A DNA stretch of 64,000 nucleotides from NCBI GenBank assembly GCA_035529375.1, contig DATKWU010000009.1:223124-287123 (forward strand), written 5' to 3'. The translations under genes and the position numbers were made by a program. The stretch is from Patescibacteria group bacterium. Lineage in GTDB: Bacteria > Patescibacteriota > Microgenomatia > PFEM01 > JAHIFH01. The notes beneath the pieces are model-generated. The model was not told where the DNA came from, ran no database searches, and saw nothing but the letters and a program-made list of their open reading frames with translations. Of this stretch, positions 56,992 to 64,000 are shown one piece after another (position 1 is the stretch's first letter; each line of letters starts with the position of its first letter).

Positions 56992-57649
56992 TTTTTCCTT
57001 CCTTTCTCTTGGGCCATTTGTAAACAACCAAAGGAAAAACCAAAGCTAGAAGCCAGCCAAAAGGAGCTAAAAAAGCAAGGAAAATTGGCTTGATCGCTAA
57101 AACTTTATCTAAAAGATAAAGGTTCAAACCAATCATGGGAATGGCCGCAAAAACACTGATTAACAGATAAGGCTTGAATTTCATGGCTGTTAATCCAGCC
57201 GCATAAGAAACATAATCAGCTGAAGCCCCACCTAATAGCCGGGCAAGAAACAACATTTTCAAACCAATTATTTTGGTGACTTCATCAATTTTTTCCATCG
57301 TCTTTTTACCAACTAATTTGGCAACAATTGGTCGTCCCCAACGCTGGGCAATCAAAAAATTAATGGCTGAACCAACCGTATGGCTAATCAGAACATAAAA
57401 ACAGGTTTGCCAAAAATCAAACAAAGCTAAACCCACTAACCAAAAAGGAATTGAAGTTAAGGGAGAAACAACAATCGATAAAGTAATCAGGACGATCAAA
57501 ACCAGTGGTCCTAAAATTCCAAAGGAACGGACAAAACTTTTTATTTCTTCAATCTCAAAGCGATAAACATTTCTTTGAAGAAGATAAAGAGCCAAAATAA
57601 TTAAAATAACAACAGTGATCAATAAAATTGCCTTTTTTCTGGGTTTCAT
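56984..57649 (-). CDS. TVP38/TMEM64 (DedA-related) membrane protein
   Basis: 221 aa; SNARE-associated/DedA-like pattern with glycine-rich re-entrant segment. Confidence 0.55.
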   Translation of the reverse strand: MKPRKKAILLITVVILIILALYLLQRNVYRFEIEEIKSFVRSFGILGPLVLIVLITLSIVVSPLTSIPFWLVGLALFDFWQTCFYVLISHTVGSAINFLIAQRWGRPIVAKLVGKKTMEKIDEVTKIIGLKMLFLARLLGGASADYVSYAAGLTAMKFKPYLLISVFAAIPMIGLNLYLLDKVLAIKPIFLAFLAPFGWLLALVFPLVVYKWPKRKEGKIT

Positions 57650-57688
57650 AAGCCAATTTTAACACGGCAAAGATGGTAGAATTAAGTA

Positions 57689-58327
57689 ATGAATCAAAAA
57701 TTTACAGATATAAAATACTGCATTTGGGATGTTGATTTGACTTTCTATACTGTTTCTCCTCAAATGAAAAAGGAATTCAAGAATAAAATCTATGAATATC
57801 TTTCTCAAAAACTAAAAATCCCAATAGGTGAGGCTAAACAAAAATATGAGGAAGAACTCAAAAAAAGAAAGAGTAAGACAGCTACCCTAGAGGCATTTGG
57901 ACTGGGAAAATATGCAATTCAAGAAGTTATTGATAGCATTGATAAAAATAGATATCTAAAAAAAGATCCGCGTCTCATTCAGTTATTCAAAAATTTAAAA
58001 CATTACAAACACGCAATAGTTACTAATAGCACAAAAAACTCTGTAAATAAAACACTAAAGATTCTCGGATTAAAGAAAAGTTTCTTTGAGACAATAATAA
58101 CTAAGGAAGATGTAAATCATTACAAGCCAAGCCCAGAGCCTTTTATAAAGATTGTGGAAATATTTAGAACCAAGGCTGAAAAATGTGTTTCAATAGGCGA
58201 TGTCGATTACAGTGACATCATCCCAGCTAAAAAGTTAGGCATGAAGACTATTTTTGTTTGGGGGAAATCAAAATACGCGGATGAATCTGTATTGACTATT
58301 TACGAAGTTGAAAAATTATTGATGTAA
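57689..58327 (+). CDS. HAD-superfamily hydrolase (subfamily IA-like)
   Basis: Motif I DVDLT, motif II VTNS, motif IV GDVDYSD. Confidence 0.7.
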   Translation: MNQKFTDIKYCIWDVDLTFYTVSPQMKKEFKNKIYEYLSQKLKIPIGEAKQKYEEELKKRKSKTATLEAFGLGKYAIQEVIDSIDKNRYLKKDPRLIQLFKNLKHYKHAIVTNSTKNSVNKTLKILGLKKSFFETIITKEDVNHYKPSPEPFIKIVEIFRTKAEKCVSIGDVDYSDIIPAKKLGMKTIFVWGKSKYADESVLTIYEVEKLLM

Positions 58328-58353
58328 AAAATAAAAGATAGGAAGTAACTGGC

Positions 58354-59988
58354 TTACATTCCCATACCGCCACCCATGCCGCCACCTTGAGGCATAGCAG
58401 GGATTTTTTCTTCTTTTTCCGGAATATCAGTCACTAAACCTTCTGTCGTCAAAATCATGGTTGCCACCGAAACCGCATTCTGGAGAGCAGTCCTAGTCAC
58501 TTTCACTGGATCAATGATACCGGCCTTGATCATATCGACATATTCACCGGTTAAAACATTAAAGCCAATCCCCTTACCTTTTCTCTTAATGTTGGCCACA
58601 ACCACGCCACCATCAGCCCCTGCGTTCTCAGCCAGCAATTTTGTGGGTGATTCCAAAGCCTTCCCAATAATTTCAGCACCCGTCAATTCGTCTCCTTTTA
58701 ATCCTTCAGTTTTAATTGCTTTGGCCGCAGCCAGTAAGATGACACCACCACCAGGAACAATTCCTTCTTCAATAGCAGCTTTAGTGGCAGCGACCGCATC
58801 TTTAACTCTTTCTTGTTTTTCTTTCATTTCTGTTTCTGAAGCTGCACCGACTTCAATCACGGCTACTCCACCAGTTAATTTAGCCAATCTCTCTTCCAAC
58901 TTTTCTTTATCAAATTCCGAGGTAATTCGGTCTAATTCTCTTTTAATCTGTTTTATCCTGCCTTCAATTATTCTTTTTTCTCCTTTACCACCAACAATCA
59001 CGGTTTTATCTTTATCAGCCGTGACTCGATCGGCTCGACCTAAATCTTCAACCGTTACTTCCTCAAGTTTTCGACCAATATCTTCAGAGATGACCGTTCC
59101 ACCAGTCAAAATAGCAATATCTTCAAGCATTTCTTTCCTACGATCGCCAAAACCCGGCGCTTCAACAACTAAGACATTAAAAGTACCGCGGAGCTTATTA
59201 ACAATGATGGTTGCTAAAGCTTCACCATCAACTTCATCAGAAATGATAATCAAATTCTTAGAAATTTTAACTAGATTCTCAAGAAAAGGTAAAAGTTCTT
59301 GAAGCGAAGAAATCTTTTTATCGGTTAAAAGAATATAGGGGTCTTCAATTGTTGCTTCCATTGTGTCTGGATTAGTCACAAAATAAGGAGAAGTGTAGCC
59401 TTTGTCAAATTCCATGCCCTCTTTGTAATCGATTACCAATTCCAAGCCCTTACCTTCCTCGACGGTGACGACACCGTTAGGACCAACTTTTCTCAAAGCT
59501 TCAGTGATTTTCTCGCCAATTTCTTGATTTTGAGCGGAAATGGTGGCCACCTGAACAATTTTTTCGCTGTTATCTTTAACTGGTTGAGCCTGTTTCTCGA
59601 TTGATTTGACCGCTTGTTCTGCTGCTTTTTCAATTCCCTTATTTAAAATCATTGGATTGGCTCCAGCGGTAATGTTTTTAATACCCTCTTCAACAATGGC
59701 TTGGGCAAGAATTGTGGCTGTGGTTGTCCCGTCTCCAGTCACATCATTAGTTTTTTCAGCCGCCTCTTTAATCAATTGAGCTCCCATATTCTCAAAAGGA
59801 TCTTCAAGCTCAATTTCTTTGGCAACAGAAACACCATCATGAACCACCGAAGGAGCTCCCCATTTTTTATCCAAGGCAATATTCCGACCTTTAGGACCAA
59901 GGGTCGTTCCCACTGCCTTGGCTACAGCATCAATGCCTTTTTTTAATTTTTCCCTGGCTTCAGCTGAATATTTAAGTTGTTTTGCCAT
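58354..59988 (-). CDS. groL: Chaperonin GroEL (Cpn60)
   Basis: 544 aa; canonical GroEL sequence including [12 protein letters not shown] and C-terminal GGM repeats. Confidence 0.97.
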   Translation of the reverse strand: MAKQLKYSAEAREKLKKGIDAVAKAVGTTLGPKGRNIALDKKWGAPSVVHDGVSVAKEIELEDPFENMGAQLIKEAAEKTNDVTGDGTTTATILAQAIVEEGIKNITAGANPMILNKGIEKAAEQAVKSIEKQAQPVKDNSEKIVQVATISAQNQEIGEKITEALRKVGPNGVVTVEEGKGLELVIDYKEGMEFDKGYTSPYFVTNPDTMEATIEDPYILLTDKKISSLQELLPFLENLVKISKNLIIISDEVDGEALATIIVNKLRGTFNVLVVEAPGFGDRRKEMLEDIAILTGGTVISEDIGRKLEEVTVEDLGRADRVTADKDKTVIVGGKGEKRIIEGRIKQIKRELDRITSEFDKEKLEERLAKLTGGVAVIEVGAASETEMKEKQERVKDAVAATKAAIEEGIVPGGGVILLAAAKAIKTEGLKGDELTGAEIIGKALESPTKLLAENAGADGGVVVANIKRKGKGIGFNVLTGEYVDMIKAGIIDPVKVTRTALQNAVSVATMILTTEGLVTDIPEKEEKIPAMPQGGGMGGGMGM

Positions 59989-59990
59989 TT

Positions 59991-60287
59991 TTAGTTAACA
60001 ATTGCCAAAACGTCTTCAAACTTAACAAAAATCAATTCTTTACCAGAAAGACCTAATTTAACTTCATCGCCACCCCATTTTTTGTAAATTACGGTCTGAC
60101 CGACTCTAAATTCAGGTTTAATTTCTTTGCCGGAATCGGTTGTTTGAGGAGCGCCAATAGCGATCACTTTACCCCGTTGAGATTTTTCATCATGAGTATC
60201 GGGAAGAACAATACCAGTAGAGGTTCTTTTTTCCGCTTCCACTGGTTCAATTAAAGCATAACCGGCGGTTGGTTTAAGTTTGGGCAT
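59991..60287 (-). CDS. groS: Co-chaperonin GroES (Cpn10)
   Basis: Start set at [15 protein letters not shown] (98 aa); the ORF track's longer 113-aa version starts at 60332. Confidence 0.9.
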   Translation of the reverse strand: MPKLKPTAGYALIEPVEAEKRTSTGIVLPDTHDEKSQRGKVIAIGAPQTTDSGKEIKPEFRVGQTVIYKKWGGDEVKLGLSGKELIFVKFEDVLAIVN

Positions 60288-60341
60288 TGATGTTTTTTTA
60301 TTTGATTTCGTCATCTCGGTGAATCTTAGCAAAAAAAATTA

Positions 60342-60402
60342 TCACTTTCAAGTGACGATCGCTATTCTAAATACTGATAACAAACTTGTCAAGAGCTAAT
60401 TA
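60342..60402 (-). promoter_or_regulatory. groES promoter (TTGACA-N17-TAGAAT) and a 14-bp palindrome TCACTTTCAAGTGA in the leader; no canonical CIRCE
   Basis: -35 is the reverse complement of 60397-60402, -10 the reverse complement of 60374-60379; palindrome at 60342-60355. Confidence 0.5.
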
Positions 60403-60432
60403 AATAGATTATCATTATCCTGAAGATGCGGA

Positions 60433-60600
60433 AGAAATTGCTCTTTTGGCATTTCAGGTTTCATCGAGGCGGGTGTTGAGAGTAAAAGATGTCTTCTCTC
60501 GAAAGAGGTTAAAGTAATGCTCCATGGCCGAGCATTACGGGAAGCTTTAACCTTCCACAAGAGAAACAAAATTTACTCTCTTTCCTCCCCCGCCTCTTTT
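60433..60600 (+). ncRNA. Candidate structured RNA (multi-helix junction closed by long-range stems); possible sRNA or riboswitch-like leader
   Basis: GAGGCGGG (60466-73) pairs with CCCGCCTC (60589-96); GAGAGTAAA (60478-86) pairs with TTTACTCTC (60572-80). These enclose three hairpins (TCTC-GAAA-GAGG; TAATGCTC-CATGGCC-GAGCATTA; GGAAG-CTTTAAC-CTTCC), followed by TTTT. Plus-strand promoter-like TTGTCA-N18-TATCAT at 60397-60426. Confidence 0.35.
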
Positions 60601-60720
60601 CATAATTATCCCATAGTATTGACTTTTGCCTTATTTTATAGTATACTGCCCCAGCTTTCTCAGGGAAGCACTTTTCATTCTTGCGCACCTATCATGGAGA
60701 AAATCACCAAGGAGGAAAGA

Positions 60721-60936
60721 ATGTCTATTCTCAATTGTGTCACCTGTCTCCTTGTACTTGGAACAGCTGTTTTTCTCTCAAAGGTGAGAGGAAAAAGGAG
60801 CATGGCGTTCCTTATCCTAGCCGGCTTTATTCTTCTCATCGCTCTGCTGAATAGTGGCGATTTTTTGATAAAAGTCGGCGAGTTGAGCCAGTCGGCTGGC
60901 AACTTCATACTAGGTGTCAGCCAAAAAGTACCATAA
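60721..60936 (+). CDS. Small membrane protein (72 aa, 2 TM)
   Basis: Strong SD AAGGAGG 6 nt before ATG 60721; promoter-like TTGACT-N17-TATACT at about 60620-60650. The ORF track's 139-aa version starts upstream at 60517. Confidence 0.4.
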   Translation: MSILNCVTCLLVLGTAVFLSKVRGKRSMAFLILAGFILLIALLNSGDFLIKVGELSQSAGNFILGVSQKVP

Positions 60937-60962
60937 GCAATCCGCGCAAGAATGGAAAAGAA

Positions 60963-61060
60963 AGGCCTGTTAGAGGTAGAGATCTGGGTCAAAAGGCGCA
61001 GCAATATATAATTCATCATATATTGAACCCAGATAACTATCTCAGCAGGCCTCTTTTCTT
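60963..61060. terminator. Long imperfect hairpin closed by AGGCCTG/CAGGCCT and followed by TCTTTTCTT; bidirectional terminator between convergent genes
   Basis: Stems at 60963-69 / 61045-51 plus inner GAGATCTGGGTC / GAACCCAGAT..CTC pairing; T-run 61052-61060. Confidence 0.45.
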
Positions 61061-61074
61061 GGTTAAAAAAGGAA

Positions 61075-61758
61075 TTATTTCAAAATATTGTAAGCAGTCC
61101 AGATAATAATTAAGCCACCAATCATCACAAAAACCCAGTCTTTAAAGTTTATTTTTCTTATCCCTTTTCTAAAAATCTTGATGATTTTATAAACAAACCA
61201 GCCTAGAATTATTAAGGTGGTTGGCCAGGTAATTAAATCAACAAAAATCTCGACTTGGTGTCGGTAATTGCCTAGAAAATAACCTACTGATCCCCAAATT
61301 GAAACCCAAAAAATAATCGAGAAACTAATAAAAATTAAATACTTTTTATAGGGAACACCTAAAACTCCAGCCGCGGTAGAAACAAAAGTCGCAAAAGAAG
61401 GAATGACATGACCAAAAAAGAGAGCCTTTTTATTATACTTCTTCATGAGTTCCTCACCTTTTTTCAATCCCTTATCCATTCCCAACCAAAGAAGAAAACG
61501 ATACCAACCATATTTCCCCAAAAAATAATTAAGATTATCACCAATAAACCAACCAATAACAGCCAAAATTAAAACATAAGGCAGAGAAAGAATTCCTTGG
61601 CGGGCGTAAAAAGTAGCCAAGAGAACAATAAAGGTTCCTGGTACTTGCCAAGAAAGACCAAAAATTGTTTCTAGAATAGAAAAAAGAAAAACAAGAGGAT
61701 AACCGTAAACGACGTAATATTGTTCAAAAAAGGCAATAATCTCTGTACCCGAGGGCAT
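61075..61758 (-). CDS. DedA-family membrane protein
   Basis: 227 aa; DedA/SNARE-associated signature (FIGDNLNYFLGKYG; G-rich re-entrant helices). Confidence 0.65.
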   Translation of the reverse strand: MPSGTEIIAFFEQYYVVYGYPLVFLFSILETIFGLSWQVPGTFIVLLATFYARQGILSLPYVLILAVIGWFIGDNLNYFLGKYGWYRFLLWLGMDKGLKKGEELMKKYNKKALFFGHVIPSFATFVSTAAGVLGVPYKKYLIFISFSIIFWVSIWGSVGYFLGNYRHQVEIFVDLITWPTTLIILGWFVYKIIKIFRKGIRKINFKDWVFVMIGGLIIIWTAYNILK

Positions 61759-61763
61759 AATCT

Positions 61764-62384
61764 TTACTCAATCCACTGAAAGCTTTCAGCTAGTTGAATA
61801 ATAATAGGATTGTTAACTAATTGTTTTAAGTCTTTTTCCGGTGCTTCCTTGATTGGCGTCTGGATCACTAAAACATAACTGCCTTGCCTGAAAGCCACGG
61901 CTCCAATTCCTGTGGGTGTCAAACCTCCTTGAGGCAAAACGAATTGAAGGGCTTCCTGATTATTAATTTCCGTCTCTTGAGTCCAACTAACCCCATCACC
62001 AACATCAAAATAGCCCCGAACAAAACTCCCCAAGGAAATTGGTGAAGGCTGATCATAAATGTTAATAATATAAATTTCATCATCAGGATTTAAATTAATA
62101 GTGTAAAGGTGTTGTTGAGAAGGAGTAATTCGTTTTTCTTCAGGCAGATCCCAATCATTTAAATAAGCAATAGAAAAACCAAATTCCTCATTAGTGTAAT
62201 TGGTGTAGTTTTGATCTTCTTTCGGTCCCAGGTTTACTTCAGGTGAATTAGTTTCTGTGGAAGCCCCAGAAGTAATGGCCGGTTTTTTAATTGAAAACCT
62301 GCCGGTAAAAATCGCCCAAAAGAGACCAACATTAACTAAAGCAAGAGAGGTTAAAAAAATTAAAACCAATCCTTTTTTATTCAT
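61764..62384 (-). CDS. Hypothetical secreted protein (signal peptide)
   Basis: 206 aa; N-terminal signal/TM; no recognisable domain. Confidence 0.3.
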   Translation of the reverse strand: MNKKGLVLIFLTSLALVNVGLFWAIFTGRFSIKKPAITSGASTETNSPEVNLGPKEDQNYTNYTNEEFGFSIAYLNDWDLPEEKRITPSQQHLYTINLNPDDEIYIINIYDQPSPISLGSFVRGYFDVGDGVSWTQETEINNQEALQFVLPQGGLTPTGIGAVAFRQGSYVLVIQTPIKEAPEKDLKQLVNNPIIIQLAESFQWIE

Positions 62385-62593
62385 TACTTCCCCTTACTTT
62401 TCAATTTCACAATTTCTTTTTTAATTTCCACAATCATACTCTCCAAAACTCTCATTTGTAAATCTCGAAATTCATTACCGTATCGAGCTGAGGCTACCTT
62501 ATCACTTTTTTGAAGTCGACTATATTCCTCTTGATATTTTCCTAATTTCTGTTCAAGCTCTTCCAATTGATTCACAGGACAACTCTCCAACAA
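62384..62593 (-). CDS. Hypothetical small coiled-coil protein
   Basis: 69 aa, K/E-rich heptad-like sequence; translationally coupled. Confidence 0.25.
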   Translation of the reverse strand: MLESCPVNQLEELEQKLGKYQEEYSRLQKSDKVASARYGNEFRDLQMRVLESMIVEIKKEIVKLKSKGK

Positions 62594-62624
62594 ACAAAAA
62601 CCTAAAAACTATTTCAAAAACAGA

Positions 62625-63089
62625 TTATTCTGAGGTCGGTCCAGATTGTTCTTCCCCAGAGACAGGCTCCTCGCCTGCGATTGGTGAAGATACTGGTGTT
62701 TCTATCGGTTCAGGTTTTGGTGCTGGCTCTGTTGGCATCTCTGGTGCCGGCTCAGATGTTGGTATTGGTTCAGGTGTTGGTGTTGGTGCTGGCTCGGTTG
62801 CTAGTGGAGTGGTCGGTTCAGAGGTTCCTAATGCCGCACTGCCACCATCCCCTTTCCAAGCTGCCATACTACTCATTAATTGATCCGTTAATTTTTCTGC
62901 TTCTTCTTGAGTTTTACTCTGCTTCTGAATATAAAACTGAATCATCTTAGCTCGAACCTGGTCTTTTGGTAAGAGATTTCCTTGATCATCAGTACAATAT
63001 TTGCAAAAAGGATTGTTGGCATCAACGCCACCATGATCCTCGAGTTTATCCATGGGCATACCGCATGATTGACAGTTCAGATTAATCAC
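62625..63089 (-). CDS. Zinc-ribbon domain protein with Pro/Thr/Glu-rich C-terminal tail
   Basis: CQSCGMPM...NNPFCKYC pattern of the putative zinc-ribbon (Zn_ribbon_2-type) family; low-complexity PTPEP tail. Confidence 0.45.
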   Translation of the reverse strand: MINLNCQSCGMPMDKLEDHGGVDANNPFCKYCTDDQGNLLPKDQVRAKMIQFYIQKQSKTQEEAEKLTDQLMSSMAAWKGDGGSAALGTSEPTTPLATEPAPTPTPEPIPTSEPAPEMPTEPAPKPEPIETPVSSPIAGEEPVSGEEQSGPTSE

Positions 63090-63186
63090 CTCCTTTCTTT
63101 TAATTTAAAACCAAAATAATAACAAACTTAACTAGAATCAATCCTAACATTAATGAAAATTAATTGGCAAGTCTCTAAAAGTGGAA

Positions 63187-63228
63187 AGGCTACCTGCTTC
63201 TTTGTCCCTAAGGACAAACAGGTAGCCT
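63187..63228 (-). terminator. Perfect 10-bp stem (AGGCTACCTG/CAGGTAGCCT) with nested 7-bp hairpin; terminator downstream of the GC-rich membrane-protein gene
   Basis: Hairpin immediately 3' of the minus-strand ORF ending at 63264; T-rich flanks on both strands. Confidence 0.5.
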
Positions 63229-63263
63229 CTTTGGCTCTTTTCCTCCACGATTACTTGTTTCCT

Positions 63264-63947
63264 TCATGCTCTTGCCGACTCTCCTGCTGGTGCGGTCTTC
63301 CTCAGAAGAACAATCGTTGTTACTGCTCCGGAGAACATCCAGAAGACAATGAAACCCACCAGGTACAAACCTCTCGAGTTGCTTGGAGGGACACCCCATG
63401 TCGACTGAACAAGAGTCTCGAACCAAAGAGTACCCCCTATACCCGAGGCGATCCAGGCTACTGTTCCGAATAGAAAAGCAGTAGCATCTCTGTATCTTGA
63501 ACCAAGAAAGCCACTGATCATCGATAGGCAACCCGTAAGAGTCCCTATCATCAGCCCTCCCAGGAGAAGGAGGAGATTGGTCGCCATCTGAGGTCCGGTC
63601 TGGTTGGTGATAATCGCCAAGGCGACTGGAACCGAACAATAGAGTGAGAAGAGGACTGGCTCGATGTATTTGAGCCGCCAACCGCTCGCTCTTTCGATCC
63701 GGTTACCTAGATCGATGACGTAAATCGCCACGTAGAACCAAACAGGACTAGCGATGACGAGGGAGATAACCAGATGGCGGGTTATGAGCCAAAAGACAAA
63801 ACCCGCCAAGGTCGGTCCTCCAATCCAGATGAGTATCTCCCGTGCCAACGAACTCCGGGGGCCTTCGGTTAAGACGAAATAGATTAGCCAACCGAAGCCC
63901 AATACAGTTAGACCTACTATCGTCAAAACGAGCCAAACAGCCAACAT
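63264..63947 (-). CDS. Orphan 7-TM membrane protein in a GC-rich (about 50 %) compositional island
   Basis: 227 aa; seven hydrophobic helices; G/L/A/W/R-rich composition atypical for this genome; SD GGAGGGAG upstream of ATG. Confidence 0.5.
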   Translation of the reverse strand: MLAVWLVLTIVGLTVLGFGWLIYFVLTEGPRSSLAREILIWIGGPTLAGFVFWLITRHLVISLVIASPVWFYVAIYVIDLGNRIERASGWRLKYIEPVLFSLYCSVPVALAIITNQTGPQMATNLLLLLGGLMIGTLTGCLSMISGFLGSRYRDATAFLFGTVAWIASGIGGTLWFETLVQSTWGVPPSNSRGLYLVGFIVFWMFSGAVTTIVLLRKTAPAGESARA

Positions 63948-64000
63948 CTCCGTCTCCCTCCTCTTCTTCTCTGTAATAGTGGAGTCAAAAAACCAGCTAT

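Noticed and set aside
58457-59302. 281-aa plus-strand ORF antisense to groEL
   Set aside because: It is Ser/Thr/Ala/Pro-rich low-complexity translation of the groEL antisense strand, a classic shadow ORF of a highly expressed, codon-biased gene.
60288-60420. CIRCE operator upstream of groES
   Set aside because: There is no TTAGCACTC-N9-GAGTGCTAA match with 2 or fewer mismatches per half; only a 14-bp unrelated or condensed palindrome is present, reported separately.
63208-63681. 157-aa minus-strand ORF (R/S/D-rich) and the 63153..63473 plus and 63748..63936 minus ORFs in the GC-rich island
   Set aside because: These are alternative frames of the same GC-rich DNA, where long stop-free frames arise by chance. 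Only the 227-aa frame shows coherent TM helices, an SD and a terminator.

Overview
This 64 kb window comes from a low-GC (roughly 35-38 % by eye), gene-dense bacterial chromosome. Its gene content suggests Patescibacteria/CPR, which is an inference; the cues are a short IF-2, a Gram-positive-like envelope toolkit (FemAB, LCP, MurJ, M23), T4P-like PilN/PilO genes, a DRG-type GTPase and many small membrane ORFs.

Recognisable housekeeping blocks:
- Minus strand: rodZ-like, ftsK, RNase J, UDG4 and a Lon-like AAA+ protein.
- Minus strand: pnp, rpsO, xth, an unknown ORF, infB and nusA.
- Minus strand: hrcA-grpE-dnaK-dnaJ, with a near-consensus CIRCE operator overlapping a TTGACA/TATAAA promoter.
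- murJ, rpsT, metG-tatD and groES-groEL.

Accessory content:
- A PilN/PilO-like pair followed by large secreted or anchored Cys- and Pro/Thr-rich proteins.
- A cell-envelope glycan cluster with a processive GT2, two ArnT/PMT-like GT-C proteins, a GT4 MraY/WecA-like protein and a UbiA-family protein resembling decaprenyl-phosphate phosphoribosyltransferase. A separate 823-aa two-module GT-C protein sits beside an LCP ligase.
- Two UvrD-family helicases, one fused to a Cas4-like nuclease, plus a standalone PD-(D/E)XK nuclease and RmuC.

Unusual signals:
- (a) Several ~50 % GC compositional islands in this AT-rich genome. Two carry orphan genes (38.7-39.5 kb, a 210-263 aa protein; 63.2-63.95 kb, a 7-TM protein). 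One carries a 45-aa hydrophobic peptide gene with a strong SD and terminator, next to a non-canonical tRNA-Cys(GCA)-like gene.
- (b) Hairpin-dense GC-rich intergenic elements that look like structured ncRNAs (17.5-17.85 kb; a four-way-junction element at 60.43-60.60 kb between divergent promoters).
- (c) A perfect 33-bp direct repeat carrying a TTGTTA-N17-TAAAAT promoter, duplicated on both sides of xth inside the conserved nusA-infB-rpsO-pnp block.
- (d) A Lon homologue lacking both the N-domain and the protease domain.
- (e) CIRCE present at hrcA-dnaK but replaced at groESL by a different 14-bp palindrome.

No rRNA, CRISPR array or recognisable transposase or integrase was seen.
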